From the NCBI GenBank assembly GCA_964016885.1, contig OZ024743.1, positions 51,026,001-51,090,000 of the forward strand: DNA of 64,000 bases. Reading direction: 5' to 3'. Below, one piece after another: positions 35,201 through 48,400 of this stretch; position 1 is the first letter of the stretch, and each line of letters begins with the position of its first letter. The notes under the pieces were generated by a model, which worked only from the letters and a program-made list of their open reading frames with translations, did not search any database and was not told the DNA's origin. Source of the stretch: Eledone cirrhosa (lineage: Eukaryota). Made by a program: the position numbers and the translations under genes.

Positions 35201-38200
35201 GTCTGTGGTAGAGTTTCGGGTGGTTGTGGTAGTGTTTGGGGTGGTTGTGGTAGTGTTTACGGTGTCTGTGGTAGTGTTTGGGGTGGTTGTGGTAGTGTTT
35301 TGGGTGGTTGTGGTAGTGTTTATGGTGGTTGTGGTAGTGTTTGGGGTGTCTGTGGTAGTGTTTGGGGTTGTTGTGGTAGTGTTTACGGTGGTTGTGGTAG
35401 TTTTTGGGGTGTCTGTGGTAGTGTTTGGGGTGTTTGTGGTAGTGTTTGGGTTGTCTGTGGTAGTGTTTGGGGTGGTTGGGTAGTGTTTGGGGTGGTTGTG
35501 GTAGTGTTTGGGGTGGTTGCTGTAGTGTTTGGAGTGGTTGTGGTAGTGTTTGGGGTGTCTGGGAGTGTTTGGGGTGGTTGGGTAGTGTTTGGGGTGGTTG
35601 TGGTAGTGTTTGGGTTGTCTGTGGTAGTGTTTGGGGTGTTTGTGGTAGTGTTTGGGTTGTCTGTGGTAGTGTTTGGGGTGGTTGGGTAGTGTTTGGGGTG
35701 GTTGTGGTAGTGTTTGCGCTGGTTGCTGTAGTGTTTGGAGTGGTTGTGGTAGTGTTTGGGGTGTCTGGGAGTGTTTGGGGTGGTTGTGTTAGTGTGTGTA
35801 GTGGTTGTGGTAGTGTTTGGGGTGGTTGTGTTAGTGTGTGGAATGGTTGTGGTAGTGTTTGAGGTGGTTGTTGTTGTGTGTGGATTGGTTGTGGTAGTGT
35901 TTGGGTTGTCTGTGGTAGTGTTTGGGGTGTCTGGGAGTGTTTGGGGTGGTTGTGTTAGTGTGTGTAGTGGTTGTGGTAGTGTTTGCGGTGGTTGTGTTAG
36001 TGTGTGGAATGGTTGTGGTAGTGTTTGCGGTGGTTGTGTTAGTGTGTGGAATGGTTGTGGTAGTGTTTGCGGTGGTTGTGTTAGTGTGTGGATTGGTTGT
36101 GGTAGTGTTTGGGTTGTCTGTGGTAGTGTTTGGGGTGTCTGTGGTAGTGTTTGGGGTGTCTGTGGTAGTGTTTGGGGTGTCTGTGGTAGTGTTTGGGTTG
36201 TCTGTGGTAGTGTTTGGGGTGTCTGTGGTAGTGTTTGGGGTGTCTGTGGTAGTGTTTGGGGTGGTTGTGGTAGTGTTTGGGCTGTCTGTGGTAGTATTTG
36301 GGGTGTCTGTGGTAGTTTTTAGGGTGTCTGGTAGTGTTTGGGGTGTCTGTTAGTGTTTGGGGTGTCTGTGGTAGTGTTTGGGGTGGTTGTGGTAGTGTTT
36401 GGGGTGTCTGTGGTAGTGTTTGGGGTGGTTGTGTTAGTGTTTGGAGTGTCTGGTAGTGTTTGGGGTGTCTGTTAGTGTTTGGGGTGTCTGTGGTAGTGTT
36501 TGGGGTGGTTGTGGTAGTGTTTGGGGTGTCTGGTAATGTTTGAGGAGGTTGTGGTAGTGTTTACGGTGGTTGTGGTAGTGTTTGGGGTGGTTGTGGTAGT
36601 GTTTAGGGTGTCTGGTAGTATTTGGGGTGGTTGTAGTAGTGTTTGGGGTGTCTGTGGTAGTGTTTGGGGTGGTCGTGGTAGTGTTTGGGGTGTCTGTGGT
36701 AGTGTTTGAGGAGGTTGTGGTAGTGTTTGGCCTGGTTGAGGTAGTGTTTGGGGTGTCTGTGGTAGTGTTTGAGGAGGTTGTGGTAGTGTTTGGCCTGGTT
36801 GAGGTAGTGTTTGGGGTATCTGTGGTAGTGTTTGGGGTGTCAGTAGTAGAGTTTGGGGTGTCTGTGGTAGTGTTTGGGGTGGTTGTGGTAGTATTTGGGG
36901 TGTCTGTGGTAGTGTTTGGAGTGTCTGTGGTAGTGTTTGGGGTGGTTGTGGTAGAGTTTGGGGTGTCTCTGGTAGTGTTTGGGTTGTCTCTGGTAGTGTT
37001 TGGGGTGTCTGTGGTAGTGTTTGGGGTGGTTTTGGTAGTGTTTGGGGTATCTGTGGTAGTGTTTGGGGTGGTTTTGGTAGTGTTTGGAGTGTCTGTGGTA
37101 GTGTTTACGGTGGTTGTGGTAGAGTTTGGGGTGTCTGTGGTAGTGTTTGGGGTGGTTGTGGTAGTGTTTGGAGTGGTTGTGGTAGTGTTTGGGGTGGTTG
37201 TGGTAGTGTTTGGGGAGGTTGTGGTAGTGTTTGGGGTGGTTGTGGTAGTGTTTGGGGTGGTTGTGGTAGTGTTTGGGGAGGTTGTGGTAGTGTTTGGGGT
37301 GGTTGTGGTAGTGTTTGGAGTGGTTGTGGTAGTGTTTGGGGAGGTTGTGGTAGTGTTTGGGGTGGTTGTGGTAGTGTTTGGAGTGGTTGTGGTAGTGTTT
37401 GGGGTGGTTGTGGTAGTGTTTGGGGAGGTTGTGGTAGTGTTTGGGGTGGTTGTGGTAGTGTTTGGGGTGGTTGTGGTAGTGTTTACGGTAATTGTGGTAG
37501 TGTTTGGGGTGTCTGTGGTAGTGTTTGGGGTGGTTGTGGTAGTGTTTGGAGTGGTTGTGGTAGTGTTTGGGGTGGTTGTGGTAGTGTTTGGGGAGGTTGT
37601 GGTAGTGTTTGGGGTGGTTGTGGTAGTGTTTGGGGTGGTTGTGGTAGTGTTTACGGTGATTGTGGTAGTGTTTGGGGTGTCTGTGGTAGTGTTTCGGGTG
37701 GTTGTGGTAGTGTTTGGAGTGGTTGTGGTAGTGTTTGAGGTGTCTGTGGTAGTGTTTGGGGTGGTTGTGGTACTGTTTGGGGTGTCTGTGGTAGTGTTTG
37801 GGGTAGTTGTGTTAGTGTTTGGGGTGGTTGTGGTAGTATTTGGGGTGTCTGTGGTAGTGTTTGGGGTGTCTTTGGTAGTGTTTGGGGTGTTTGGGGTGTC
37901 TGTGGTAGTGTTTGGGGTGGTTGTGGTAGTATTTGGGGTGTCTGTGGTAGTGTTTCGGGTGGTTGTGGTAGTGTTTGGGTGTCTGTGGTAGTGTTTGGGG
38001 TGTCTGGTAGTGGTTGGGGTGGTTGAGGTAGTGTTTGGGGTGTCTGTGGTTGTGTTTGGGGAGGTTGTTATAGTGTTTGGGGTGGTTGTGGTAGTGTTTG
38101 TGGTGGTTGTGGTTGTGTTTGGAGTGTTTGTGATAGTGTTTGGGGTGGTTGTGGTAGTGTTTGGGGTGTCTGTGGTATTGTTTGGGTGGTTGTGGTAGTG

Positions 38201-41200
38201 TGTGGGGTGTCTGTGGTAGTGTTTTAGGTGGTTGTGGTAGTGGTTGGGGTATATGTGGTAGTGTTTGGTGTGGTTGTGGTAGTATTTGGGCGGTCTGTGG
38301 TAGTGTTTGGTGTGGTTATGGTAGTATTTGGGGTGGTTGTGTTAGTGTTTGGGGTGTCTGGTAGTGTTTGGGGTGTCTGTGGTAGTGTTTGGGGTGGTTG
38401 TGTTAGTGTTTGGCTGTCTGGTAGTGTTTGGGGTGTCCGTGGTAGTTTTTGAGGTGGTTGGAGCGTCTGTGGTATTGTTTGAGGTGTCTGGTAGTGTTTG
38501 GTGTGGTTGTGGTAGAGTTTGGGGTGTCTGTGGTAGTGTTTGGGGTGGTTGTGGTAGTGTTTACGGTGGTTGTGGTAGTGTTTGGGGTGTCTGTGGTAGT
38601 GTTTGGGGTGTCTGTGGTAATGTTTGGGGTGGTTGTGGTAGTGTTTGGGGTACATGTGGTAGTGTTTGGGGTGGTTGTGGTAGTGTTTGGGGTGTCTGTG
38701 ATAGTGTTTGGGGTGTCTGTGGTAGTGTTTGGCGTGGTTGTGGTAGTGTTTGGGGTGTCTGTCGTAGTGTTTGGAGTGGTTGTGGTAGTGTTTGGCGTGG
38801 TTGTGGTAGTGTTTGGGGTGGTTGTCGTAGTGTTTGGGGTGGTTATGGTAGTGTTTGGCGTGGTTGTGGTAGTGTTTGGGGTGGTTGTCGTAGTGTTTGG
38901 GGTGGTTATGGTAGTATTTGGGGTGTCTGTGGTAGTGTTTGGGTTGTCTGTGGTAGTTTTTGGAGTGTCTGTGGTAGTGTTTGGGGTGTCTGTGGTAGTG
39001 TTTGGGGTGGTTGTGGTAGTGTTTGGGGTGGTTGTGGTAGTGTTTGGGGAGGTTGTGGTAGTGTTTGGGGTGTCTGTGGTAGAGTTTGGGGTGGTTGTGG
39101 TAGTGTTTACGGTGGTTGTGGTAGAGTTTGTGGTGTCTGTGGTAGTGTTTGGGGAGGTTGTGGTAGTGTTTGGGGTGGTTGTGGTAGTGTTTGGGGTGGT
39201 TGTGGTAGTGTTTACGGTGATTGTGGTAGTGTTTGGGGTGTCTGTGGTAGTGTTTGGGGTGGTTGTGGTAGTGTTTGGAGTGGTTGTGGTAGTGTTTGGG
39301 GTGGTTGTGGTAGTGTTTGGGGTGGTTGTGGTAGTGTTTACGGTGGTTGTGGTAGTGTTTGCGGTGGTTGTGGTAGTGTTTGGAGTGGTTGTGGTAGTGT
39401 TTGCGGTGTCTGTGGTAGTGTTTGGGGTGGCTGTGGTAGTGTTTGGGGTGGTTGTGGTAGTGTTTGGGGTGTCTGTGGTAGTGTTTCGAGTGGTTGTGGT
39501 AGTGTTTGGGGTGGTTGTGGTAGTGTTTGGGGTGTCTGTGGTAGAGTTTGGGGTGGTTGTGGTAGTGTTTGGGGTGGTTGTGGTAGTGTTTGGAGTGTCT
39601 GTGGTAGTGTTTGTGGTGTCTGTGGTAGTGTTTGGGGTGTCTGTGGTAGTTTTTGGAGTGTCTGTGGTAGTGTTTGGGGTGGTTGTGGTAGTGTTTGGGG
39701 TGGTTGTGGTAGTGTTTGGGGAGGTTGTGGTAGTGTTTGGGGTGTCTGTGGTAGAGTTTGGGGTGGTTGTGGTAGTGTTTACGGTGGTTGTGGTAGAGTT
39801 TGGGGTGTCTGTGGTAGTGTTTGGGGAGGCTGTGGTAGTGTTTGGGGTGGTTGTGGTAGTGTTTGGGGTGGTTGTGGTAGTGTTTACGGTGATTGTGGTA
39901 GTGTTTGGGGTGTCTGTGGTAGTGTTTGGGGTGGTTGTGGTAGTGTTTACGGTGGTTGTGGTAGTGTTTGGAGTGTCTGTGGTAGTGTTTGGGGTGGCTG
40001 TGGTAGTGTTTGGAATATCTGTGGTAGTATTTGGGGTGTCTGTGGTAGTGTTTGGAATATCTGTGGTAGTGTTTGGAGTGTCTGTGTTAGTGTTTGGGGA
40101 GGTTGTGGTAGTGTTTGAGGTGTCTGTGGTAGTGTTTGGGCTGGTTGTGGTAGTGTTTGGGGTGTCTGTGGTAGTGTTTGGGGTGGTTGTGGTAGTGTTT
40201 GGGTTGTCTGTGGTAGTGTTTGGGCTGTCTGTCGTAGTGTTTGGGGTGGTTGTGTTAGTGTTTGGGGTGTCTGGTAGTGTTTTGGATGTCTGTGGTAGTG
40301 TTTGGGGTGTCTGGTAGTGTTTGGGGTGTTTGTGGTAGTGTTTGGGGTGGTTGTGTTAGTGTTTGGGGTGTCTGGTAGTGTTTGGGGTGTCTGGTAGTGT
40401 TTGGGGTGTCTGTGGTAGTGTTTGGGGTGTCTGTCGTAGTGTTTGGGGTGGTTGTGGTAGTGTTTGGGGTGTCTGTGGTAGTGTTTGGGGTGTCTGTGGT
40501 AGTGTTTGGAGTGTCTGTGGTAGTGTTTGGGGTGTTTGGGGTAGTTGTGGTAGAGTTTGGGGTGTCTGTGGTAGTGTTTGGGGTGGTTGTGGTAGTGTTT
40601 GGGGTGGTTGTGGTAGTGTTTACGGTGGTCGTGGTAGTGTTTGGGGTGGTTGTGGTAGTGTTTGGGGGTGTCTGTGGTAGTGTTTGGGGTGTCTGTAGTA
40701 GTGTTTGTGGTGGTTGTGGTAATGTTTGGGGTGTTTGGGGTAGGTGAGGTAGTGTTTGGGGGTCTGTGGTAGTGTTTGGGCAGGTTGTGTAGTGTTTGGT
40801 GTGGTTGTGGTAGTATTTGAGGTGTGAATGTGGTAGTGTTTGGGGTGTCTGTGGTAGTGTTTGGGGTGTCTCTGGTAGTGTTTGGGGTGTCTGTGGTAGT
40901 GCTTGAGGAGGTTGTGGTAGTGTTTGGGGTGTCTGAGATTGTGTTTTGGGAGGTTGTGGTAGTGTTTGGGGTGGTTGTGGTAGTGTTTGTGGTGGTTGTG
41001 GTTGTGTTTGGAGTGTTTGTGGTAGTGTTTGGGGTGTCCGTGGTAGTGTTTGGGGTGGTTGTGGTAGTGTTTGGGGTGTCTGTGGTATTGTTTGGGTGGT
41101 TGTGGTAGTGTTTGGGGTGTCTGTGGTAGTGTTTTAGGTGGTTTTGGTAGTGGTTGGGGTATATGTGGTAGTGTTTGGTGTGGTTGTGGTAGTATTTGGG

Positions 41201-42959
41201 CGGTCTGTGGTAGTGTTTGGTGAGGTTATGGTAGTATTTGGGGTGGTTGTGTTAGTGTTTGGGGTGTCTGGTAGTGTTTGGAGTGGCTGTGGTAGTGTTT
41301 GGGGTGTCTGTGGTAGTGTTTGGGGTGGTTGTGTTAGTGTTTGGCTGTCTGGTAGTGTTTGGGGTGTCCGTGGTAGTTTTTGAGTTGGTTGTGGTAGTGT
41401 TTGGGGTGTCTGTGGTAGTGTTTGGGGTGGTTGGAGAGTCTGTGGTATTGTTTGGGGTGTCTGGTAGTGTTTGGTGTGGTTGTGGTAGAGTTTGGGGTGT
41501 CTGTGATAGTATTTGGGGTGTCTGGTAGTGTTTGGTGTGGTTGTGGTAGAGTTTGGGGTGTCTGTGGTAGTGTTTGGGGTGGTTGTGGTAGTGTTTACGG
41601 TGGTTGTGGTAGTGTTTGGGGTGTCTGTGGTAGTGTTTGGGGTGTCTGTGGTAATGTTTGGGGTTGTTGTGGTAGTGTTTGGGGTACCTGTGGTAGTGTT
41701 TGGGGTGGTTGTGGTAGTGTTTGGGGTGTCTGTGATAGTGTTTGGGGTGTCTGTGGTAGTGTTTGGAGTGGTTGTGGTAGTGTTTGGCGTGGTTGTGGTA
41801 GTGTTTGCGGTGGTTGTCGTAGTTTTTGGGGTGGTTGTGGTGGTGTTTGTGGTGTCTGGTAGTGTTTGGAGTGTCTGGTAGTGTTTGGGGTGGTTGTGGT
41901 AGTGTTTGGGGTGTCTGTTGTAGTGTTTGGGGTGTCTGTGGTAGTGTTTGGGGTGTCTGTGGTAGTGTTTGGAGTGGTTGTGGTAGTGTTTGGCGTGGTT
42001 GTGGTAGTGTTTGCGGTGGTTGTCGTAGTGTTTGGGGTGGTTATGGTAGTATTTGGGGTGTCTGTGCTAGTTTTTGGGGTGGTTGTGGTGGTGTTTGTGG
42101 TGTCTGGTAGTGTTTGGAGTGTCTGGTAGTGTTTGGGGTGTCTGTTGTAGTGTTTGGGGTGTCTGTGGTAGTGTTTGGGGTGTCTGTGGTAGTTTTTGGA
42201 GTATCTGTGGTAGTGTTTGGGGTGTCTGTGGTAGTGTTTGGGGTGATTGTGGTAGTGTTTGGGGTGATTGTGGTAGTGTTTGGGGTGGTTGTGGTAGTGT
42301 TTGGGGAGGTTGTGGTAGTGTTTACGGTGGTTGTGGTAGAGTTTGGGGTGTCTGTGGTAGTGTTTGGGGTGGTTGTGGTAGAGTTTGGGGTGGTTGTGGT
42401 AGTGTTTACGGTGGTTGTGGTAGAGTTTGGGGTGTCTGTGGTAGTGTTTGGGGTGGTTGTGGTACTGTTTGGGGTGTCTGTGGTAGTGTTTGGGGTATCT
42501 GTGGTAGTGTTTGGGGTGTCTGGTAGTGGTTGGGGGTGGTTGAGGTAGTGTTTGGGGTGTCTGTGGTTGTGTTTGGAGTGTGTGTGGTAGTGTTTCGGGT
42601 GTCCGTGGTAGTGTTTGTGGTGGTTGTGGTAGTGTTTGTGGTGGTTGTGGTTGTGTTTGGAGTGTCTGTGGTAGTGTTTGGGGTGTCCGTGGTAGTGTTT
42701 GGGGAGGTTGTGGTAGTGTTTGGGGTGTCTGTGGTAGTGTTTTAGGTGGTTGTGGTAGTGGTTGGGGTATATGTGGTAGTGTTTGGTGTGGTTGTGGTAG
42801 TGTTTGGGCGGTCTGTGGTAGTGTTTGGGGTGGTTGTGTTAGTTTTTGGGGTGGTTGTGGTAGTGTTTGGGGTATATGTGGTAGTGTTTGGGGTGGCTGT
42901 GGTAGTGTTTGGAGCGTCTGTGGTAGTGTTTGGTGTGGTTGTGGTAGTGTTTGGGGTGG

Positions 42960-45900
42960 TTGTGGTAGTATTTGGGGTGTCTGTGGTAGTGTTTGGGGTG
43001 GTTGTGGTAGAGTTTGGGGTGTATGTGGTAGTGGTTGGGGTGTCTGTGGTAGTGTTTGGGGTGTCTGTGGTAATGTTTGGGGTGGTTGTGGTAGTGTTTG
43101 GGGTGGTTGTGGTAGTGTTTACGGTGGTTGTGGTAGTGTTTGGGTTGTCTGTGGTAGTGTTTGGGGTGGTTGTGGTAGTGTTTGGGGTGGATGTGGTAGT
43201 GTTTGGGGTGGTTGTGGTAGTGTTTGGGTTGTCTGTGGTAGTGTTTGGGGTGTCTGTGGTAGTGTTTGGGGTGGTTGTGGTAGTGTTTGGGGTGTCTGTG
43301 GTAGTGTTTGGGGTGGTTGTGGTACTGTTTGGGGTGTCTGTGGTAGTGTTTGGGGTATCTGTGGTAGTGTTTGGGGTGGTTGTGGTAGTGTTTGGAGTGT
43401 CTGGTATTGTTTGGGGTGTCTGTGGTAGTGTTTGGGGTGTCTGTGGTAGTGTTTGGAGTGTCTGTGGTAGTGTTTGGAGTGTCTGTGGTAGTGTTTGGGG
43501 TGGTTGTGGTAGTGTTTGGGATTGTTGTGGTAGTGTTTGGGATGGTTGTGGTAGTGTTTGGAGTGTCTGTGGTCGTGTTTGGGGGGGTTGTGGTAGTGTT
43601 TACGGTGGTTGTGTTAGTGTTTGGGGTGTCTGTGGTCGTTTTTGGGGTGGTTGTGGTAGTGTTTGGGGGTGTCTCTGGTAGTGTTTGGGGGTGTCTCTGG
43701 TAGTGTTTGGGGTGTCTGTGGTAGTGTTTGGAGTGGTTGTGGTAGTGTTTGGGGTGTCTGTGGTAGTGTTTGGGGTGTTTGGGGTAGGTGAGGTATTGTT
43801 TGGTGTGGTTGTGGTAGTGTTTGGGGTGTCTGTGGTAGTGTTTGGGGTGTCTGTGGTAGTGTTTGGAGTGTCTGTGGTAGTGTTTGGGGTGGTTGTGGTA
43901 GTGTTTGGAGTGTCTGTGGTAGTGTTTAGGGTGGTTGTGGTAGTGTTTGGCGAGGTTGTGGTAGTGTTTGGGGTGTCTCTGGTAGTGTTTGCGGTGGTTG
44001 TGGTAGTGTTTGGGGTGTCTGTGGTAGTGTTTGGGGTGTCTGTGGTAGTGTTTGGGGTGGTTGTGGTAGTGTTTGGGGTGTCTGTGGTAGTGTTTGGGGT
44101 GTCTGTGGTAGTGTTTGGGGTGTCTGTGGTAGTGCTTGCGGTGGTTGTCGTAGTGTTTGGGGTGGTTGTCGTAGTGTTTGGGGTGGTTGTGGTAGTGTTT
44201 GGGATGGTTGTGGTAGTGTTTGGGGTGTCTGTGGTAGTGTTTGGGTGTCTGTAGTAGTGTTTGGGGTGTCTGTGGTAGTGTTTGGAGCGTCTGTGGTAGT
44301 GTTTGGGGTGTCTGTGGTAGTGTTTGGTGTGTCTGTGGTAGTGTTTGGTGTGTCTGTGGTAGTGTTTTGGGTGTCTGTGGTAGTGTTTAGAGCGTCTGTG
44401 GTAGTGTTTGGGGTGGTTGTGGTAGTGTTTGGGGTGTCTGTGGTAGTGTTTGGGTGTCTGTGGTAGTGTTTGGGGTGTCTGTGGTAGTGTTTGGTGTGTC
44501 TGTGGTATTGTTTGGTGTGTCTGTGGTAGTGTTTGGGGTGGTTTTGGTAGTGTTTGGGGTGGTTTTGGTAGTGTTTGGGGTGTCTGTGGTAGTGTTTGGG
44601 GTGGTTGTGTTAGTGTTTAGGGTGGTTGTAGTAGTGTTTGGGGTGTCTGTGGTAGTGTTTGGGGTGGTTGTGGTAGTGTTTGGGGTGTCTGGTAATGTTT
44701 GGGGTGGTTGTGGTAGTGTTTGGGGTGTCTGTGGTAGTATTTGGGGTGTCTGGTAGTGTTTGGGGTGTCTGTGGTAGTGTTTGGGGGGTTGTGGTAGTGT
44801 TAGTGGTGTCTGTGCTAGTATTTGGGGTGACTGTGGTAGTGTTAGGGGTGGTTGTGGTAGTGTTTGGGGTATGTGTGGTAGTATTTGGGGTGTCTGTGGT
44901 AGTGTTTGGGGTAGTTGTGGTACTGTTTAGGGTGTCTGGTAGTGGTTGGGGTGTCTGTGGTAGTGTTTGGGGTGTCTGTGGTTGTGTTTGGGGAGGTTGT
45001 GGTAGTGTTTGTGGTGGTTGTGGTTGTGTTTGGAGTGTTTGGAGTGTCCGTGGTAGTGCTTGGGGGGGTTGTGGTAGTGTTTGGGGTGTCTGTGGTATTG
45101 TTTGGGTGGATCTGGTAGTGTTTGGGGTGTCTGTGGTAGTGTTTTAGGTGGTTGTGGTAGTGGTTGGGGTATATGTGGTAGTGTTTGGTGTGGTTGTGGT
45201 AGTATTTGGGCGGTCTGTGGTAGTGTTTGGGGTGGTTATGGTAGTGTTTGGTGTGGTTGTGGTAGTATTTTGGCGGTCTGTGGTAGTATTTGGTGTGGTT
45301 GTGTTAGTGTTTGGGGTGGTTGTGTCCGTGGTAGTTTTTGAGGTGGTTGTGGTAATGTTTGGGGTGTCTGTGGTAGTGTTTGGGGTGGTTGTGGTAGTGT
45401 TTGGGGTGTCTGTGGTAGTGTTTGGGGTATCTGTGGTAGTGTTTGGGGTGGTTGTGGTAGTGTTTGGAGCGTCTGTGGTAGTGTTTGGGGTGTCTGGTAG
45501 TGTTTGGTGTGGTTGTGGTAGAGTTTGGGCTGGTTGTGGTAGTGTTTACGGTGGTTGTGGTAGAGTTTGGGGTGTCTGTGGTAGTGTTTGGGGTGGTTGT
45601 GGTAGAGTTTGGGGTGTCTGTGGTAGTGTTTGGGGTGGTTGTGGTAGTGTTTGGGGTGGTTGTGGTAGTATTTGGGGTGTCTGTGGTAGTGTTTGGGGTG
45701 GTTGTGGTAGAGTTTGGGGTGTATGTGGTAGTGGTTGGGGTGTCTGTGGTAGTGTTTGGGGTGTCTGTGGTAATGTTTGGGGTGGTTGTGGTAGTGTTTG
45801 GGGTGGTTGTGGTAGTGTTTACGGTGGATGTGGTAGTGTTTGGGTTGTCTGTGGTAGTGTTTGGGGTGGTTGTGGTAGTGTTTGGGGTGGATGTGGTAGT

Positions 45901-48400
45901 GTTTGGGGTGGTTGTGGTAGTGTTTGGGTTGTCTGTGGTAGTGTTTGGGGTGGTTGTGGTAGTGTTTGGGGTGTCTGTGGTAGTGTTTGGGGTGGTTGTG
46001 GTAGTGTTTGGGGTGTCTGTGGTAGTGTTTGGGGTGGTTGTGGTACTGTTTGGGGTGTCTGTGGTAGTGTTTGGGGTATCTGTAGTAGTGTTTGGGGTGG
46101 TTGTGGTAGTGTTTGGAGTGTCTGGTATTGTTTGGGGTGTCTGTGGTAGTGTTTGGGGTGTCTGTGGTAGTGTTTGGAGTGTCTGTGGTAGTGTTTGGAG
46201 TGTCTGTGGTAGTGTTTGGGGTGGTTGTGGTAGTGTTTGGGATTGTTGTGGTAGTGTTTGGAGTGTCTGTGGTCGTGTTTGGGGGGGTTGTGGTAGTGTT
46301 TACGGTGGTTGTGTTAGTGTTTGGGGTGTCTGTGGTAGTGTTTGGGGTGTCTGTGGTCGTTTTTGGGGTGGTTGTGGTAGTGTTTGGGGGTGTCTCTGGT
46401 AGTGTTTGGGGGTGTCTCTGGTAGTGTTTGGGGTGTCTGTGGTAGTGTTTGGAGTGGTTGTGGTAGTGTTTGGGGTGTCTGTGGTAGTGTTTGGGGTGTT
46501 TGGGGTAGGTGAGGTATTGTTTGGTGTGGTTGTGGTAGTGTTTGGGGTGTCTGTGGTAGTGTTTGGGGTGTCTGTGGTAGTGTTTGGAGTGTCTGTGGTA
46601 GTGTTTGGGGTGGTTGTGGTAGTGTTTAGGGTGGTTGTGGTAGTGTTTGGCGAGGTTGTGGTAGTGTTTGGGGTGTCTCTGGTAGTGTTTGCGGTGGTTG
46701 TGGTAGTGTTTGGGGTGTCTGTGGTAGTGTTTGGGGTGTCTGTGGTAGTGTTTGGGGTGGTTGTGGTAGTGTTTGGGGTGTCTGTGGTAGTGTTTGGGGT
46801 GTCTGTGGTAGTGTTTGGGGTGTCTGTGGTAGTGCTTGCGGTGGTTGTCGTAGTGTTTGGGGTGGTTGTCGTAGTGTTTGGGGTGGTTGTGGTAGTGTTT
46901 GGGATGGTTGTGGTAGTGTTTGGGGTGTCTGTGGTAGTGTTTGGGTGTCTGTAGTAGTGTTTGGGGTGTCTGTGGTAGTGTTTGGAGCGTCTGTGGTAGT
47001 GTTTGGGGTGTCTGTGGTAGTGTTTGGTGTGTCTGTGGTAGTGTTTGGTGTGTCTGTGGTAGTGTTTTGGGTGTCTGTGGTAGTGTTTAGAGCGTCTGTG
47101 GTAGTGTTTGGGGTGGTTGTGGTAGTGTTTGGGGTGTCTGTGGTAGTGTTTGGGGTGTCTGTGGTAGTGTTTGGTGTGTCTGTGGTATTGTTTGGTGTGT
47201 CTGTGGTAGTGTTTGGGGTGGTTTTGGTAGTGTTTGGGGTGGTTTTGGTAGTGTTTAGGGTGGTTGTAGTAGTGTTTGGGATGTCTGTGGTAGTGTTTGG
47301 GGTGGTTGTGGTAGTGTTTGGGGTGTCTGTGGTAGTGTTTGGGGTGGTTGTGTTAGTGTTTAGGGTGGTTGTAGTAGTGTTTGGGATGTCTGTGGTAGTG
47401 TTTGGGGTGGTTGTGGTAGTGTTTGGGGTGTCTGGTAATGTTTGGGGTGGTTGTGGTAGTGTTTGGGGTGTCTGTGGTAGTATTTGGGGTGTCTGGTAGT
47501 GTTTGGGGTGTCTGTGGTAGTGTTTGGGGGGTTGTGGTAGTGTTAGTGGTGTCTGTGCTAGTATTTGGGGTGACTGTGGTAGTGTTAGGGGTGGTTGTGG
47601 TAGTGTTTGGGGTGTCTGTGGTAGTGTTTGGGGTGGTTGTGGTAGTTTTTGGGGTGTCTGTGGTATTGTTTGGGGTATGTGTGGTAGTATTTGGGGTGTC
47701 TGTGGTAGTGTTTGGGGTAGTTGTGGTACTGTTTAGGGTGTCTGGTAGTGGTTGGGGTGTATGTGGTTGTGTTTGGGGAGGTTGTGGTAGTGTTTGTGGT
47801 GGTTGTGGTTGTGTTTGGAGTGTTTGGAGTGTCCGTGGTAGTGTTTGGGGGGGTTGTGGTAGTGTTTGGGGTGTCTGTGGTAGTGTTTTAGGTGGTTGTG
47901 GTAGTGGTTGGGGTATATGTGGTAGTGTTTGGTGTGGTTGTGGTAGTATTTGGGCGGTCTGTGGTAGTGTTTGGGGTGGTTATGGTAGTGTTTGGTGTGG
48001 TTGTGGTAGTATTTTCGCGGTCTGTGGTAGTATTTGGTGTGGTTGTGTTAGTGTTTGGGGTGGTTGTGTCCGTGGTAGTTTTTGAGGTGGTTGTGGTAAT
48101 GTTTGGGGTGTCTGTGGTAGTGTTTGGGGTGGTTGTGGTAGTGTTTGGGGTGTCTGTGGTAGTGTTTGGGGTATCTGTGGTAGTGTTTGGGGTGGTTGTG
48201 GTAGTGTTTGGAGCGTCTGTGGTAGTGTTTGGGGTGTCTGGTAGTGTTTGGTGTGGTTGTGGTAGAGTTTGGGCTGGTTGTGGTAGTGTTTACGGTGGTT
48301 GTGGTAGAGTTTGGGGTGTCTGTGGTAGTGTTTGGGGTGGTTGTGGTAGAGTTTGGGGTGTCTGTGGTAGTGTTTGGGGTGTCTGTGGTAGTGTTTGGGG
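42960..48400. repeat. About 2.7-kb tandem higher-order duplication, with shorter derivative copies to ~52000
   Basis: Offsets 2700-2744 (43392/46113, 43685/46406, 44680/47423, 45148/47892). The block GTTAGTGGTGTCTGTGCTAGTATTTGGGGTGACTG recurs at ~44800, 47542, 49552 and 51133. Confidence 0.85.
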
